Source: Nitrosococcus oceani ATCC 19707
GTDB lineage: Bacteria; Pseudomonadota; Gammaproteobacteria; Nitrosococcales; Nitrosococcaceae
Reading direction: 5' to 3'
NCBI RefSeq assembly: GCF_000012805.1
Contig: NC_007484.1
Span: 2,400,001 to 2,432,000 of the forward strand
Length of the DNA: 32,000 nt
Position numbers and translations under genes: made by a program. The stretch's first letter is position 1; each line of letters begins with the position of its first letter. A model generated the notes under the pieces. It saw only the letters and a list, made by a program, of their open reading frames with translations, was not told where the DNA came from and searched no databases. This document shows positions 7,401-19,740 of this stretch, piece by piece.

Positions 7401-7809
7401 GGGAATCTCCTAATTGAGTCATGAATCATGCGCATTGTTCACAGCCAGCTCAGGTAGCGGAACTGCGGTAGGCTGGCAGCGGCCTCAATTGCTCATGGTG
7501 ACCCAGGAAGCCGGCCGCCGAACTTACCACGGGATGCGCCAAATCTTTGCTAAGCAAAGCACATCATGGATCAAAAATCTATTACCAAAAGCCCCGGTGC
7601 GGTTGGGCGAATAGGGCTACGGCAGCCTAAGCTAAACAGCGCTAGTACGTGGTCTCTTAGCCGCTGGCCTCTTCGCCGTTCCTCGAATCAGGATAAAATT
7701 AATGACATGAGCCATCAGACCAGCCGTGGTTTGTGGGATTACTTATGGGCATGGGCGTGGCACAATAGATTTGAAATTTGCAGAATCTCCCAGCATAGCT
7801 AATAAAAAC

Positions 7810-9954
7810 ATGAGCAAAAAAGAGCCCTTTTTTAACCTCTATCATCACAATTTTATTCGCGCCGCAGTGGCGGTTCCGGAGCTGCGGGTCGCTGATCCCG
7901 GCTTTAACGCCCAAAAAACAATGGATTTACTGGGACAAGCCGCGGACCAGCATAGCCTGCTGATTGCCTTCCCGGAACTTGGGCTTTCCGCCTACTCCTG
8001 TGACGATCTCTTCCAGCAACAAGCTTTGTTGGATGCATGCCAAGAGGGGCTTCGTCAAATCCTCAAATACTCCGAGAAGCTTCCCCTCATTGGTATCGTG
8101 GGTTTGCCGCTGCAAGTCGAGCACTTGCTATTCAACTGCGCCGCCGTATTTTATCGAGGCCGTCTCCTGGGGATAGTGCCTAAAACCTATGTGCCTAATT
8201 ATCGGGAGTTCTATGAGTTACGCCAGTTTGCCCCGGCTGATTACGCCCTGCGGGAGCGCATCGATCTGTGTGGCCAGAAGGAGGTGCCCTTCGGTAACCG
8301 CCTCCTGTTTCAGGTGGCAGAGCAGCCCCTGCTGACTTTCTATGTCGAAATTTGCGAGGATTTATGGTCGCCTATTCCCCCTTCTTCCTATGCGGCCCTA
8401 GCCGGGGCCACGGTACTCATTAATCTTTCCGCCTCCAATATTACCGTGGGAAAAGACGATTACCGCCGCCTTCTGGCCAATAGTCAATCTAGCCGCTGCC
8501 TGGCCGCTTACCTCTACACCGCCGCCGGGACCGGGGAGTCCACCACGGATCTGGCCTGGGATGGCCATGGCATGATGTATGAAAATGGCGATTGTCTGGC
8601 CGAGACGGAACGATTCAGCTATGTTTCCCAGCTAGCCCTGGGTGATATTGACCTGGACCGCCTGCAACAAGATCGGATGCGTCAAAACAGCTTTGGGCAA
8701 ACTCGCTCCCGCCATCGGGATCTGCTAACGTCCTTCCAAACCATCCGTTTCTCGGTCCCCCTTCCCGCTCAGAAACCGGTGCCACTCAAGCGCGCCTATG
8801 AACGTTTCCCCTATGTTCCCAGCGATCCCATAAGCCGGGATCGACGCTGCCAGGAAGTCTATGACATCCAGACCCAGGGGTTAGTCAAGCGGCTCCAAGC
8901 GGCTGGCGTGGATAAGGTGGTTATCGGCATCTCAGGCGGGCTGGATTCTACCCAAGCGCTTATCGTCTGTGCCCGTGTAATGGATATCATGAAACTACCC
9001 CGTAGCCACGTGCTGGCCTACACGATGCCTGGGTTTGCCACCAGTAAGCGAACTTTGAGCCAAGCGCGGCGGCTAATGGCAGCCGTGGGATGCCAGGCCC
9101 ATGAAATCGACATTCGCCCAAGCTGCCTGCAAATGCTAAAGAATCTTGGCCACCCCTATGCCCAGGGCGAGCCAGTTTATGACGTGACTTTTGAAAACGT
9201 ACAGGCGGGGGAGCGAACCAGCCATCTATTCCGGCTCGCCAACCTTCATAGAGCCCTGGTGGTCGGGACCGGCGACTTAAGCGAGCTGGCGCTGGGCTGG
9301 TGTACCTATGGAGTCGGAGATCATATGTCCCATTACCATGTCAATGCCAGCGTGCCTAAGACGCTCATTCAATACCTTATAGGCTGGGTAGCGCAAAAGC
9401 AGCAATTAGGCCCAGAGGCCGGCGCTATTCTGAAAGAAATACGGGCAACTGACATAAGCCCGGAACTCATTCCCCAGGAAAGCAAGGAACAACCCGGTCA
9501 GCGCTCAGAAGAGGTCATCGGACCTTATGAACTCCAGGATTTTCATCTTTACTACCTTCTGCGGTTCGGTTATTCCCCCGCTAAAGTTGCCTTTCTCGCT
9601 TGGTCTGCTTGGCATGATCGGACTTACGGCACTTGGCCCGGCATCCCGGAAAACCGGCGCAACCAATACCCGTTGGTTGAAATAAAGCGCTGGTTGGAGG
9701 TCTTTCTAAAGCGGTTTTTCCAATTCAGCCAGTTCAAACGAAGCTGCTTGCCCAATGGACCCAAGGTAGGCTCCGGGGGCTCCCTATCGCCCCGTGGCGA
9801 CTACCGTGCCCCCAGCGACAGCGAGGTAACAGCCTGGCTCACCCAACTAGAGCAGATTCCCGATAGGGAGCCCCCAGCGATTCATATTAATCGTGGCAAT
9901 GAAGAGAGATTATTTCATCGCCTGTTGGTTGCGCGCCGTCAATCTATCGATTAA
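7810..9954 (+). CDS. nadE: Glutamine-dependent NAD+ synthetase, long form (N-terminal nitrilase/CN-hydrolase domain + synthetase domain)
   Basis: Shows the CN-hydrolase pattern ([22 protein letters not shown]), the PP-loop GISGGLDS, and C-terminal [15 protein letters not shown] as in long NadE. I prefer the ATG at 7810 ([20 protein letters not shown]) over the track start at 7726. Confidence 0.9.
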   Translation: MSKKEPFFNLYHHNFIRAAVAVPELRVADPGFNAQKTMDLLGQAADQHSLLIAFPELGLSAYSCDDLFQQQALLDACQEGLRQILKYSEKLPLIGIVGLPLQVEHLLFNCAAVFYRGRLLGIVPKTYVPNYREFYELRQFAPADYALRERIDLCGQKEVPFGNRLLFQVAEQPLLTFYVEICEDLWSPIPPSSYAALAGATVLINLSASNITVGKDDYRRLLANSQSSRCLAAYLYTAAGTGESTTDLAWDGHGMMYENGDCLAETERFSYVSQLALGDIDLDRLQQDRMRQNSFGQTRSRHRDLLTSFQTIRFSVPLPAQKPVPLKRAYERFPYVPSDPISRDRRCQEVYDIQTQGLVKRLQAAGVDKVVIGISGGLDSTQALIVCARVMDIMKLPRSHVLAYTMPGFATSKRTLSQARRLMAAVGCQAHEIDIRPSCLQMLKNLGHPYAQGEPVYDVTFENVQAGERTSHLFRLANLHRALVVGTGDLSELALGWCTYGVGDHMSHYHVNASVPKTLIQYLIGWVAQKQQLGPEAGAILKEIRATDISPELIPQESKEQPGQRSEEVIGPYELQDFHLYYLLRFGYSPAKVAFLAWSAWHDRTYGTWPGIPENRRNQYPLVEIKRWLEVFLKRFFQFSQFKRSCLPNGPKVGSGGSLSPRGDYRAPSDSEVTAWLTQLEQIPDREPPAIHINRGNEERLFHRLLVARRQSID

Positions 9955-10575
9955 CCCTTGCAGTCCGTTCGCCCGGATTTCGCGGTAAAAACTTGCCCGG
10001 TAATTGGTAACTAAGCTGACCCCTTCTACCTGCACATCATCCACTTTCCAGGCTTTATTCTGATCGAGATAAAGATTTAACATCATATTAATGGGGGGTC
10101 TCCCTTTATCGCCCTCCACTTGCACCTTCACGCCGACCCGGGTTGCCTCCGGGGGATAATTCACAGGCAACACCTTAATCCGCTCCTGAAGAAAATCTCG
10201 AATATCCTTTGCGCTGTAGCTATGTAAGGCTGTCACATAGGTCCGTACCAGCAGTTGGCGAAATTGATTAGTAAAATCAGCTTTTTGTTCCTGGGTTGCC
10301 TGGCGCCAGTGCTTGCCCAATACCCGCTGCGACATCCGCCTAAAGTTAAAATGTGGCACAATGAATTCATCCGCCAGGCGGTAGAAATATTCCGGATTAT
10401 CGGCAGGGGTGACTTGTTGATCCTGCAACTCCTTTAGTACCCGCTGGGAAGTTTCCAGCACAATGTCCCGTGGTGAAGATGTGGCAGCCTGGGCACCCAC
10501 ACCTAACGGCAGGATAAGCCCTGTTACCATGATCCATCCCATTAAAGACTGTTTTACTCTATACCGGCAATTCAT
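9910..10575 (-). CDS. MlaC/Ttg2D-family periplasmic phospholipid-binding (toluene-tolerance) protein, stand-alone copy
   Basis: Signal peptide [30 protein letters not shown]. Shows a Ttg2D-like pattern ([62 protein letters not shown]). I prefer the ATG at 10575 with GGTGGA 9 nt upstream. No mlaFEDB genes are adjacent. Confidence 0.8.
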   Translation of the reverse strand: MNCRYRVKQSLMGWIMVTGLILPLGVGAQAATSSPRDIVLETSQRVLKELQDQQVTPADNPEYFYRLADEFIVPHFNFRRMSQRVLGKHWRQATQEQKADFTNQFRQLLVRTYVTALHSYSAKDIRDFLQERIKVLPVNYPPEATRVGVKVQVEGDKGRPPINMMLNLYLDQNKAWKVDDVQVEGVSLVTNYRASFYREIRANGLQGLIDRLTARNQQAMK

Positions 10576-10715
10576 CTTAATTTTTCCACCTAAAAAATGC
10601 TGCATTAATCCTATTAGTGTTTCTATTGTCCCACCTTAACTTCTCTCTAGCGAACCTTTCTGGTCCCACTCGTCAGCGGAGATATCGAATTCCTTGAGAA
10701 AAGCCAGCCATCCAT

Positions 10716-10749
10716 AAAAAAAAGGCGCCTATCATTATAATAAGGCGCC
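10716..10749 (-). terminator. Rho-independent terminator (minus strand)
   Basis: On the minus strand GGCGCCT / AGGCGCC form a 7-bp GC-rich stem with a 12-nt loop, followed directly by T8 (plus-strand A8 at 10716-10723). No equivalent T-run exists on the plus strand. Confidence 0.6.
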
Positions 10750-11247
10750 CAAAACCAGGAGATCTACAGGACAAACATTGCAAGAGAGAGTAGCTCAAAT
10801 TTAACCAACTAAATAATTATTAAGCAGGAATTGTGCCATTTTTACAAACCGTCTTCTCAGTTACGGGGGCGGGTGCACATAAAAATCATAACTACTTGTT
10901 TTTCAAAATATTTAAGGAAGCTACAAGTCAATATAAATTTTTACCTCTTGATCCCATGACGGCCCCGCGTCAAGGATATGACGGAGAAAATCACCTATTG
11001 TTGTTGCTTTGAGCCAACATTGGAGTTCTCCATGGATAGTGAACGACCCCCAGCGAGAGTGCGAGATGAAACTTTGCTACGAGCGCGGGGGCTAGGTTAC
11101 TTGCGTTTTTCCATGAATTGGCGCTATGATTTTCCCGTTGCCACAAGCGCGACCTATCCTCGGGAGGAGGAGAAGTGATGCGCGTGGAGGGTGATACCCA
11201 ACTGAGGGCCTTGCGCGCTAAGTCGTGGCCAGCCCAAGGCACCCATT

Positions 11248-12038
<791 letters not shown>

Positions 12039-12042
12039 TTAT

Positions 12043-12972
12043 TTAAATGTTTTTAGAACGGCCTTTAGGCGCATGAAAAGAAATTGGCACCGCGCCCTCC
12101 GGCGTATGTCGCTGTAGGGTTGTTTTCCAAGCATGGCCATAAACCACTTCAAAGCTGGCTGGCAGTTGCCCTCCCTCCCGCCAAGTTTCATAACTTTGCG
12201 CCATCTTCCGTTGCCGCGCTTTGCCCATCAATTTCCCTTGCCGGCCCGAACCTACCGTTTGGGCCCCCAGCCGTTTAAGATCGCCCATCAGCTTATACAC
12301 ATCAGGGTAAGTGAGCGTATAGCGTTCAACGTCCATCACCGGTTTTATAAATCTGGCCCGGACAAGCCCATCACCAATATCATGCATATCCATAAAAGGA
12401 TTCACATGCCAGTAGGCATCCACCTCAGACCAAGCAGCCCGCAACTCTTTTAAAGTGTCAGGCCCAAAAGTGGTGAAGGTAAGCAATCCTCCCGGTTTTA
12501 AGACTCGCTGAAACTCGGCAAACGCAGCATCCAACGCCGAGCACCATTGCAAGGTCAAATTAGAGAAAATCAGATCCACGCTTTGGTTAGCCAAAGGCAG
12601 ACCTTCCGCATCGCCGCAAACGAAGTGATAATAGCGGCGATGGAAGGGAGGCCATACCGTTTTCAATATCCCCCCCAGCATTTGCGGCAAGCTTCCTTTG
12701 AGCCGCTGTTGGGCTCTATGGAGCATTTCAGGCGCCAAATCCAAAGCGATAAGGCGCGCTTCCCCATAACGGTTCAGAAGGCCCTCTGCCTGAAGACCCG
12801 TTCCCGTCCCTGCATCTAATATCACAGCCGGGGACAGCTTAACCAGATCCAACCGTTCCAGGAGCTGCTCTCCTACCCTTCGCTGCAAAATGGCCACTTC
12901 ATCGTAATGGGCGGCCGCTCGATTAAAGGCCTTGGCTACCTGCCGCTTATCAATACCGTATTCCAGATTCAA
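12043..12972 (-). CDS. bioC: Malonyl-ACP O-methyltransferase
   Basis: SAM-methyltransferase motif I (ILDAGTGTG) and FNRAAAHYDEVAILQRRVGEQLLERL typical of BioC. It sits between bioH and bioD. Apparent TTG start with GGAG 10 nt upstream. Confidence 0.85.
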   Translation of the reverse strand: MNLEYGIDKRQVAKAFNRAAAHYDEVAILQRRVGEQLLERLDLVKLSPAVILDAGTGTGLQAEGLLNRYGEARLIALDLAPEMLHRAQQRLKGSLPQMLGGILKTVWPPFHRRYYHFVCGDAEGLPLANQSVDLIFSNLTLQWCSALDAAFAEFQRVLKPGGLLTFTTFGPDTLKELRAAWSEVDAYWHVNPFMDMHDIGDGLVRARFIKPVMDVERYTLTYPDVYKLMGDLKRLGAQTVGSGRQGKLMGKARQRKMAQSYETWREGGQLPASFEVVYGHAWKTTLQRHTPEGAVPISFHAPKGRSKNI

Positions 12973-13001
12973 AAATTTATTTCTCCGACGATCCTTATGC
13001 C

Positions 13002-13769
13002 TTATGCTTGCAAAAAATTGCTTACGATATCTTTAAATACTTGCCCATGGGAGAGAAAGGGCGCATGTCCCGCCCTTGGAATCATAAAAACTTGGCCCTG
13101 GGGCAAATGGGCTGACAACCAAGCGCCAACTTTAGGGGGCACCAACGGATCACGCTGTCCCATAATCGCTAAAGTAGGGCAAGGAATGGTTTCTAATTCT
13201 ACCCGCAAATCACTATCCTGAAGCAGCGCCAAACCGTCTTCCAAACCCTCGATGCCTGGACGGTACGGAGCATTAAAGTGGGCTAAAAGAACCTGGGCCA
13301 CCGCTTTTGCCCTTTCAGCTCCGCGAGTCTGCAACCAAACGAAACGTTTCAAAGTCTCCACAGAATCGTTCTGAAGCGCTACTGAAAAATCCGCAAGCAC
13401 CTCCGGAGCAACCCCATAAGGCCAATCAACCGCCGTGACAAAGCGGGGCGTACTGGCTACCAACACAAGTTTATTGACTCGCCTGGGGAAATCAATAGCC
13501 GCTTGCAAAGCCACTAACCCTCCCAGGGACCACCCCAGCCAACAAGCCTGGGGAGGCGCTACGCGCGCCACCGTTTCGGCTACGGCAGCTAACCGCCTCC
13601 CTTGAGCCAAGGGATCGCTACCCCCATGACCGGGCAGATCCACCAAGGTCAAGCGGAAGCGGGTCGACAAGCAATCCACCAGGGGAGCCCAAACCCCACT
13701 ATGAAATCCCCACCCATGCAGCAGCACTAGATCAGGACCCGCACCGCGCTGTACTATCTGGAGCGTCAT
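13002..13769 (-). CDS. bioH: Pimeloyl-ACP methyl ester carboxylesterase
   Basis: Alpha/beta hydrolase with LVLLHGWG, nucleophile elbow GWSLGG and C-terminal AGHAPF, colinear with E. coli BioH. ATGA start/stop overlap with bioF. Confidence 0.9.
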   Translation of the reverse strand: MTLQIVQRGAGPDLVLLHGWGFHSGVWAPLVDCLSTRFRLTLVDLPGHGGSDPLAQGRRLAAVAETVARVAPPQACWLGWSLGGLVALQAAIDFPRRVNKLVLVASTPRFVTAVDWPYGVAPEVLADFSVALQNDSVETLKRFVWLQTRGAERAKAVAQVLLAHFNAPYRPGIEGLEDGLALLQDSDLRVELETIPCPTLAIMGQRDPLVPPKVGAWLSAHLPQGQVFMIPRAGHAPFLSHGQVFKDIVSNFLQA

Positions 13770-14926
13770 AAAACTTGAACTAGCGACTCCAGCAAGCGTG
13801 CTACCTGGGCTTCGGAATGAGCCGCCGTTAAAGTAATTCGTAGGCGGGCACTTCCCTCTGGCACCGTGGGCGGGCGGATGGCAGTCACCAGTATCCCTTG
13901 CGCAAGCAAGCGCTCGCTCAGTTTAACTGCAGCCCCAGCATCTCCCACCAGCAACGGCTGGATAGGGGTCGGGGAATCCACGAGCTGAAGCCCCAACTGA
14001 GCGGCGCCTTGCCGAAATTGGGCAATCAAGCGGGTTAATTTATCCCGACGCCAGGATTCGGTTTCAACCAGCCGCAAACTGGCCAGGGTCGCTACGGCCA
14101 CCGCAGAGGGCGGGGCTGTAGTATAGATGTAGGTCCGCGCTTGCTGAATCAAGGTTTCAATAAGGGCCTCCTCACCGGCCACAAAGGCCCCGAAGGTGCC
14201 CAAGGCTTTACCCAAGGTACCCACCAAAATAGGCGCCTGGGCCATTCCCAGCCCAAAATGGGCCACGCTGCCACGCCCTTCTTCGCCCAAGACGCCCAGA
14301 CCATGGGCATCATCCACCATCAGCCAAGCATCAAAACGGTCGGCAACTGCAGCCAGGTCCGGCAAGGGAGCCAGCGCCCCATCCATGCTAAAAACCCCAT
14401 CCGTCACCACCAATCTGCGGCGGGCCTTGGTGGCAGTTAAAGCGGCTTCGAGGGACTGATAATCCCGGTGCCGATAGCGTTTAAAGCGGGCACCCGCAAG
14501 CAGCCCCCCATCTAGCAAGGAGGCATGATTGAGGCGATCCTCGAAAACTGCGTCTTGACGCCCTATTAGGGCGCTGATAACCCCAAGATTGGCCGAATAA
14601 CCGGTAGAAAACAGCAACACCCGGGGCCGTCCCACAAACGCCGCCAGAGCCTCCTCTAGCGTATGATGGGCACGGCTATGGCCCGTCACTAGGTGGGCCG
14701 CCCCACTGCCAACCCCGTACTCTCGGACTCCTTGCATAAAGGCAGCCCGGGTTGCGGGGTGATTCGCCAGACCTAAATAGTCATTGCTGCAAAAGGCTAA
14801 AATTCGGCGGCCATCCATTTGGAGCTCCGCCCCCTGGGGACCTTCCAATACCCGCCGATAGCGGTAAAGAGACTGAGTCTGGCGCTGCCTCAGCTCCATC
14901 GTAAGGGCCGTTTTTAAATCGGGCAC
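13766..14926 (-). CDS. bioF: 8-amino-7-oxononanoate synthase
   Basis: PLP-dependent alpha-oxoamine synthase pattern ([22 protein letters not shown] with the PLP lysine). It lies between bioB and bioH. Confidence 0.93.
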   Translation of the reverse strand: MPDLKTALTMELRQRQTQSLYRYRRVLEGPQGAELQMDGRRILAFCSNDYLGLANHPATRAAFMQGVREYGVGSGAAHLVTGHSRAHHTLEEALAAFVGRPRVLLFSTGYSANLGVISALIGRQDAVFEDRLNHASLLDGGLLAGARFKRYRHRDYQSLEAALTATKARRRLVVTDGVFSMDGALAPLPDLAAVADRFDAWLMVDDAHGLGVLGEEGRGSVAHFGLGMAQAPILVGTLGKALGTFGAFVAGEEALIETLIQQARTYIYTTAPPSAVAVATLASLRLVETESWRRDKLTRLIAQFRQGAAQLGLQLVDSPTPIQPLLVGDAGAAVKLSERLLAQGILVTAIRPPTVPEGSARLRITLTAAHSEAQVARLLESLVQVL

Positions 14927-14934
14927 TGCTCGTT

Positions 14935-15972
14935 TCAGCCAGAGGCCGATCCCACTTCATCAGCCTCCGGCACGGGAGCGGCAACCTGTGCCTGGGGAAA
15001 CAAAAGCTCAAGACCCAAACGCTCAAACAATTGCTGGTCGTGATCTGTGGTTGGATTGGGGGTCGTGAGCAGCTTTTCACCATAAAAAATGGAATTGGCT
15101 CCAGCAAGAAAACAAAGAGCTTGCAATTCATCGCTCATTGTCTCTCGGCCTGCTGAAAGGCGCACGAAGGAGGCGGGCATCAGGATTCGAGCGCAGGCCA
15201 CGGTACGCACAAACTCAAAGGGGTCTAGCTCGGGAGCCCCGGCCAAGGGGGTACCTTCTACCTGGACCAGCCTATTAATTGGAACGCTCTCCGGGTGACG
15301 GGGCAGATTAGCCAAGTTGGCCAACAAACCCGCCCGATCAGAACGCTCCTCGCCCATCCCCACAATACCGCCACAACACACATGAATGCCCGCTTCCCGG
15401 ACTTGAGACAAGGTCTCCAGCCGATCCTGATAGGTACGGGTGGTAATGATCTCGCCGTAAAACTCCGGTGAGGTATCCAGATTATGGTTGTAATAATCTA
15501 GTCCCGCAGCCTTAAGCCGTTCCGCTTGTCCTGGACCTAACATGCCTAATGTCACGCATGTTTCTAACCCCAGGGCTTTCACCTCTGTAATCATCTTCGC
15601 TACCGGTTCCAGCTCCCGCTCCTTGAGCCTGCGCCATGCCGCTCCCATACAAAAACGGCTTGCACCCCGGGCCTTGGCATTCCGTGCCGCCGTCAATACT
15701 TCCTCCAGGGGCAGTAAAGGTTCGGCTTTCACGGGCGTGCTATAGCGAACACTTTGGGGACAATAGGCACAATCTTCGGGACATCCCCCCGTTTTAATAC
15801 TGAGCAAAGTGCTCATCTGAACTTGATTAGGATTAAAATGCTGGCGATGTACCGTCTGCGCCCGATAAATAAGTTCTACAAACGGTAATTCAAACAAAGC
15901 CAGCACCTCTGGGATAGACCAATCGTGGCGCGGACTGTCACATATTTCAGCTGCAGGAGGAAAGTAGGTCAT
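14935..15972 (-). CDS. bioB: Biotin synthase (radical SAM)
   Basis: [21 protein letters not shown] (CxxxCxxC radical-SAM cluster) and YNHNLDTS, colinear with E. coli BioB. Confidence 0.95.
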   Translation of the reverse strand: MTYFPPAAEICDSPRHDWSIPEVLALFELPFVELIYRAQTVHRQHFNPNQVQMSTLLSIKTGGCPEDCAYCPQSVRYSTPVKAEPLLPLEEVLTAARNAKARGASRFCMGAAWRRLKERELEPVAKMITEVKALGLETCVTLGMLGPGQAERLKAAGLDYYNHNLDTSPEFYGEIITTRTYQDRLETLSQVREAGIHVCCGGIVGMGEERSDRAGLLANLANLPRHPESVPINRLVQVEGTPLAGAPELDPFEFVRTVACARILMPASFVRLSAGRETMSDELQALCFLAGANSIFYGEKLLTTPNPTTDHDQQLFERLGLELLFPQAQVAAPVPEADEVGSASG

Positions 15973-16023
15973 AATTAATCATTATATTCGTCAGACTGAC
16001 GTTGGATTCTTGATGGAGAAGCG

Positions 16024-16764
16024 GTGACTGTCAACCGGACTGCAATCTGGCTGGAAACCCTCTGGCGGGAATTATATCCTCCTCTGTGCGCCTTATGTGG
16101 AGCCCCAGGCACACGGAAGCACGATCTTTGCGCTCCCTGCCGAAGGGATTTGCCCGCGCTCGGTGCTGCCTGTTACCGCTGTGCCCGACCGCTACCCACC
16201 GCCGGAATTTGCGGAGCTTGTCAGCAGCACGCACCCCCCCAAAATTGCACGTTCAGTCCTTTCCGCTACGCTCCTCCCCTGGATTATTTGCTCTTGCAGC
16301 TAAAATTTCATGGCAAATTACATCTCGCCCCGCTGCTGGGACAATTAACCGCTGAATACCTGGAACAGCGAATTCACCCTTTACCTGAGTGTATCATTCC
16401 TGTCCCCCTGCATCCTACCCGACTCCGAGAACGGGGCTTCAATCAGGCCCTGGAGTTAGCGCAACCGGTTGCTGATCGGCTAAAAATTCCTATTCACCGT
16501 GAAGCGGTCTACCGGCAACGGAACACCGCCCGCCAGTCGGAACTACCCCGCCAGGAGCGTAAGCGTAATCTGCACGGCGCCTTTGCGCTCCAGGGCAGTC
16601 TGACCGCACGCCATGTGGCCATTATGGATGATGTGTTAACTACGGGTCATACCGTAGCGGAACTCGCCAGAACACTGCGCCGGGGGGGAGTGCAAGTGGT
16701 TGAAGTTTGGACTTGCGCCCGGGTTCCACCCTTTGAAGGAGCGCATGGATACACAACCCCCTAG
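16024..16764 (+). CDS. comF: ComF-family phosphoribosyltransferase-domain protein
   Basis: N-terminal double CxxC zinc-ribbon pattern (CALCGAPG..CAPC, CYRCARP..CGAC), PRTase motif VAIMDDVLTTGHT and RGFNQA. Divergent from bioB. GTG start. Confidence 0.85.
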   Translation: MTVNRTAIWLETLWRELYPPLCALCGAPGTRKHDLCAPCRRDLPALGAACYRCARPLPTAGICGACQQHAPPQNCTFSPFRYAPPLDYLLLQLKFHGKLHLAPLLGQLTAEYLEQRIHPLPECIIPVPLHPTRLRERGFNQALELAQPVADRLKIPIHREAVYRQRNTARQSELPRQERKRNLHGAFALQGSLTARHVAIMDDVLTTGHTVAELARTLRRGGVQVVEVWTCARVPPFEGAHGYTTP

Positions 16765-16886
16765 CGACGATGATGACTATCTGTGCGTAGGGACACACGC
16801 GTAGATAGGCGAAGCAAAGGCCCATGGAGCAGTCACGAAAGACCCCCAGACCAAAAAAAGGTAATCCCTTCGCCAAGAACGGCTGA

Positions 16887-16957
16887 GAAACGCGAATTCT
16901 CCAGGCTGATGAAGTTCAGTAGAGACAAAATTGCTATCAGCCATGGCGAAACTCCAA
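16887..16957. repeat. Interspersed ~72-bp repeat, copy 2 (12 nt 3' of the acnB stop)
   Basis: See 11248..11318. It contains an imperfect internal inverted repeat, ggctgat / atcagcc. Confidence 0.7.
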
Positions 16958-16968
16958 ACTAATATTTT

Positions 16969-19521
16969 TCAATTTACCAAGGCAGCCTGGTCCGTTGCCT
17001 GTTGATAGTCCTTCATCTCGTTAAAGTTGAGGTAGCGGTAAATATTAGCAGCCATGGGCGCGATACTTTTCACTTGGGTCTTGTATTCTTCCAGCGTGGG
17101 CAAGCGCCCTAAGATGGAAGTTACCGCCGCCACTTCCGCCGAGGACAAGTACACATTGGCGTCCTTACCCATCCGGTTGGGGAAATTACGAGTCGAGGTG
17201 GACACTACGGTAGCGCCGTCCATCACTCGAGCCTGATTGCCCATGCATAAAGAGCAGCCCGGCATTTCGGTACGGGCGCCAGCCTTGCCGAAAGTGCTGT
17301 AGTAGCCCTCTTCCATGAGTTGCTGGGCATCCATTTTAGTGGGCGGGGCGATCCAAAGGCGGGAAGGAATCCTGCCACCCTCCTCCAGTATCTTGCCCGC
17401 TGCCCGGTAGTGACCAATGTTGGTCATACAGGAACCAATAAAAACCTCATCCACCTCATCGCCTGCCACGGCTGATAAGGGCCGGACATCATCGGGATCG
17501 TTGGGACAGGCCAGCAGCGGTTCGGTAATCTCATTCATGTTGATTTCAATAACTTCCGCATATTCCGCATCCGCGTCCGCTTCCAAGAGGGTGGGATTCT
17601 TAAGCCACTCTTCCATAGCAGAGATACGCCTCGCCAGTGTACGCTTATCTGCATAGCCCTGGGTAATCATCCAGTTCAGCAAAGTGATATTGGATTTCAG
17701 AAACTCTATGATGGGTTCTTTGTCCAGCTTCACGGTGCAGCCATTGGCGGATCGTTCCGCAGAAGCATCGGCAAATTCAAAAGCCTGCTCCACTTTAAGC
17801 TGAGGCAATCCTTCGATTTCTAGAACCCGGCCGCTAAAGGCATTTTTTTTGCCTGCCTTGGCCACTGTGAGCAAGCCCCGCTGAAGGGCCACATAGGGGA
17901 TGGCATGGACCAGATCCCGCAGCGTAATCCCCGGTTGAATCTCCCCTTTGAAACGGACTAAAACCGACTCGGGCATATCCAAAGGCATAACCCCCAAGGC
18001 CGCAGCAAAGGCCACCAGGCCGGAACCTGCGGGAAAGCTTATCCCGATGGGAAAACGGGTATGGGAATCTCCACCAGTCCCCACCGTATCGGGAAGAATC
18101 ATCCGATTGAGCCAAGAGTGAATGATGCCATCACCGGGGCGCAAAGCAACTCCCCCACGAGTAGCCATAAAATCCGGCAGCTCGTGCTGCAAGGTGACAT
18201 CGACAGGTTTGGGATAGGCTGCCGTATGGCAAAAGCTTTGCATGACGAGATCGGCGGAAAATCCCAGGCAAGCCAACTCCTTGAGCTCATCTCGGGTCAT
18301 AGCACCGGTAGTATCCTGGGAACCCACGGTGGTCATTTTAGGCTCACAGTAGGTGCCAGGGCGTACACCTTCAACACCACAGGCCCGGCCTACCATTTTC
18401 TGAGCTAGCGTATAGCCTTTCCCGCTAGCGGTAGGTGCCACTGGCCGAATAAATAAAGGAGAAGGGTTCAATCCCAAAGTCTGCCGAGTTTTGTCGGTTA
18501 AACCGCGCCCAATAATCAGAGGAATCCGGCCACCAGCACGAACTTCATCGGGTAAAGTGCTGGGACGGAGCTTAAAGCGGGAAAGTTCTTTGCCTGCTTC
18601 GCTGAGAACAGTCCCCTCAAAGGGGCGAATACGAACAGTATCGCCTGTATTAAGGCCCTCTACCTGGCATTCAATGGGCAGAGCACCGGAATCTTCAGCG
18701 GTGTTGAAAAAAATGGGGGCAATCTTGCCCCCCAGGATTATCCCCCCCTGGCGCTTATTAGGCACAAAAGGGATATCTTGACCCATGTGCCAGAGAATGG
18801 AGTTGATAGCAGACTTGCGAGATGAGCCCGTCCCCACTACATCACCGACAAAAGCTAGCGGAAGTCCCCGGCCTTTCAAATCCGCAATAGCCGATAAAGC
18901 CTCAGGCATCTTATTGACCAGCATCGCCTTAGCGTGAAGAGGAATATCCGGTCGGCTCCAGGCTTCCTGAGCCGGTGAAAGATCATCGGTATTAGTCTCG
19001 CCAGGAACTTTAAAGACGACCGCCATGATTTCCTCCGGCAATTTGGGGCGGCTCGTGAACCAGGCAGCCTCAGCCCAGGAATCCACTACCTGCTTGGCGT
19101 ATTCATTGCGCTTTGCTTTTTCCAACAGGTCATGATAATGGTCATAGACCAGAAGTGTATGGGCCAATACCTTAGCAGCCACTGCCGCCGTGGCCTCATC
19201 CTCTAAGAGACCCATAAGCGGCTCGATATTATAGCCCCCCAGCATGGTGCCAAGCAGTTCCGTAGCCTGAAGCCGGTCGATGAGCGGACAGACGGTTTCA
19301 CCTTTAGCAATGGCCGCCAAGAATCCGGCCTTAACATAAGCCGCCTGATCTACGCCGGGAGGCACGCGTTGAATCAGAAGTTCCTTCAAAAGCTCTTCCT
19401 CACCGGCAGGGGGATTTTTCAAAAGCTCCACTAACCCAGCAACCTGCATGGCATTTAACGGTAGCGGCGGTAATCCTTCTGCTTCCCGTTCGGCAACATG
19501 TTTACGATAAGCTACTAACAC
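16969..19521 (-). CDS. acnB: Aconitate hydratase B / 2-methylisocitrate dehydratase
   Basis: 850 aa, colinear with E. coli AcnB from the N-terminus ([38 protein letters not shown]) through the Fe-S ligand regions ([17 protein letters not shown]). GTG start at 19521. Confidence 0.95.
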   Translation of the reverse strand: MLVAYRKHVAEREAEGLPPLPLNAMQVAGLVELLKNPPAGEEELLKELLIQRVPPGVDQAAYVKAGFLAAIAKGETVCPLIDRLQATELLGTMLGGYNIEPLMGLLEDEATAAVAAKVLAHTLLVYDHYHDLLEKAKRNEYAKQVVDSWAEAAWFTSRPKLPEEIMAVVFKVPGETNTDDLSPAQEAWSRPDIPLHAKAMLVNKMPEALSAIADLKGRGLPLAFVGDVVGTGSSRKSAINSILWHMGQDIPFVPNKRQGGIILGGKIAPIFFNTAEDSGALPIECQVEGLNTGDTVRIRPFEGTVLSEAGKELSRFKLRPSTLPDEVRAGGRIPLIIGRGLTDKTRQTLGLNPSPLFIRPVAPTASGKGYTLAQKMVGRACGVEGVRPGTYCEPKMTTVGSQDTTGAMTRDELKELACLGFSADLVMQSFCHTAAYPKPVDVTLQHELPDFMATRGGVALRPGDGIIHSWLNRMILPDTVGTGGDSHTRFPIGISFPAGSGLVAFAAALGVMPLDMPESVLVRFKGEIQPGITLRDLVHAIPYVALQRGLLTVAKAGKKNAFSGRVLEIEGLPQLKVEQAFEFADASAERSANGCTVKLDKEPIIEFLKSNITLLNWMITQGYADKRTLARRISAMEEWLKNPTLLEADADAEYAEVIEINMNEITEPLLACPNDPDDVRPLSAVAGDEVDEVFIGSCMTNIGHYRAAGKILEEGGRIPSRLWIAPPTKMDAQQLMEEGYYSTFGKAGARTEMPGCSLCMGNQARVMDGATVVSTSTRNFPNRMGKDANVYLSSAEVAAVTSILGRLPTLEEYKTQVKSIAPMAANIYRYLNFNEMKDYQQATDQAALVN

Positions 19522-19740
19522 TTTTTTTACCTTTTACTGTTGGAGATCTAATTTATAATTTTACGTCTATGTGGAGTGCCCGCCTAACTAAATCCCGCGT
19601 GCTTGCCCTACCAGCTAATAGCCCTCACTCAGAATAACGGGCATGGATCAAAACTCAAAAGCAAAATTCGGAGGGTACATAGTTTGCTTTCAAGGATAAA
19701 TTCAGCTTTGATTCTACAATATTGTTGAAAGGAACACCGG

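Noticed and set aside
7726-7809. 28-codon N-terminal extension of nadE from the track start.
   Set aside because: The extension has no homolog-like sequence. NadE homologs begin near the FIRAAV segment, so the ATG at 7810 fits. The upstream part is AT-rich, promoter-like DNA.
14781-15131. 116-aa ORF overlapping the bioF/bioB junction. Similar shadow ORFs lie inside acnB, argG, the E2-E3 gene and E1 beta (for example 25784..26338, 26557..26958, 27349..27765, 28623..29126, 18061..18408).
   Set aside because: All are embedded in or antisense to confidently identified conserved genes and have biased, non-protein-like translations.
16777-16944. 55-codon minus-strand ORF (MADSNFVSTELHQPGEFAFLSRSW...) with a GGAG RBS just after acnB, paralogous at its start to the ORF after bioD.
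   Set aside because: Similarity ends where the DNA repeat ends. Substitutions between the copies are mostly non-synonymous in every frame. It is treated as a non-coding repeat pending data.
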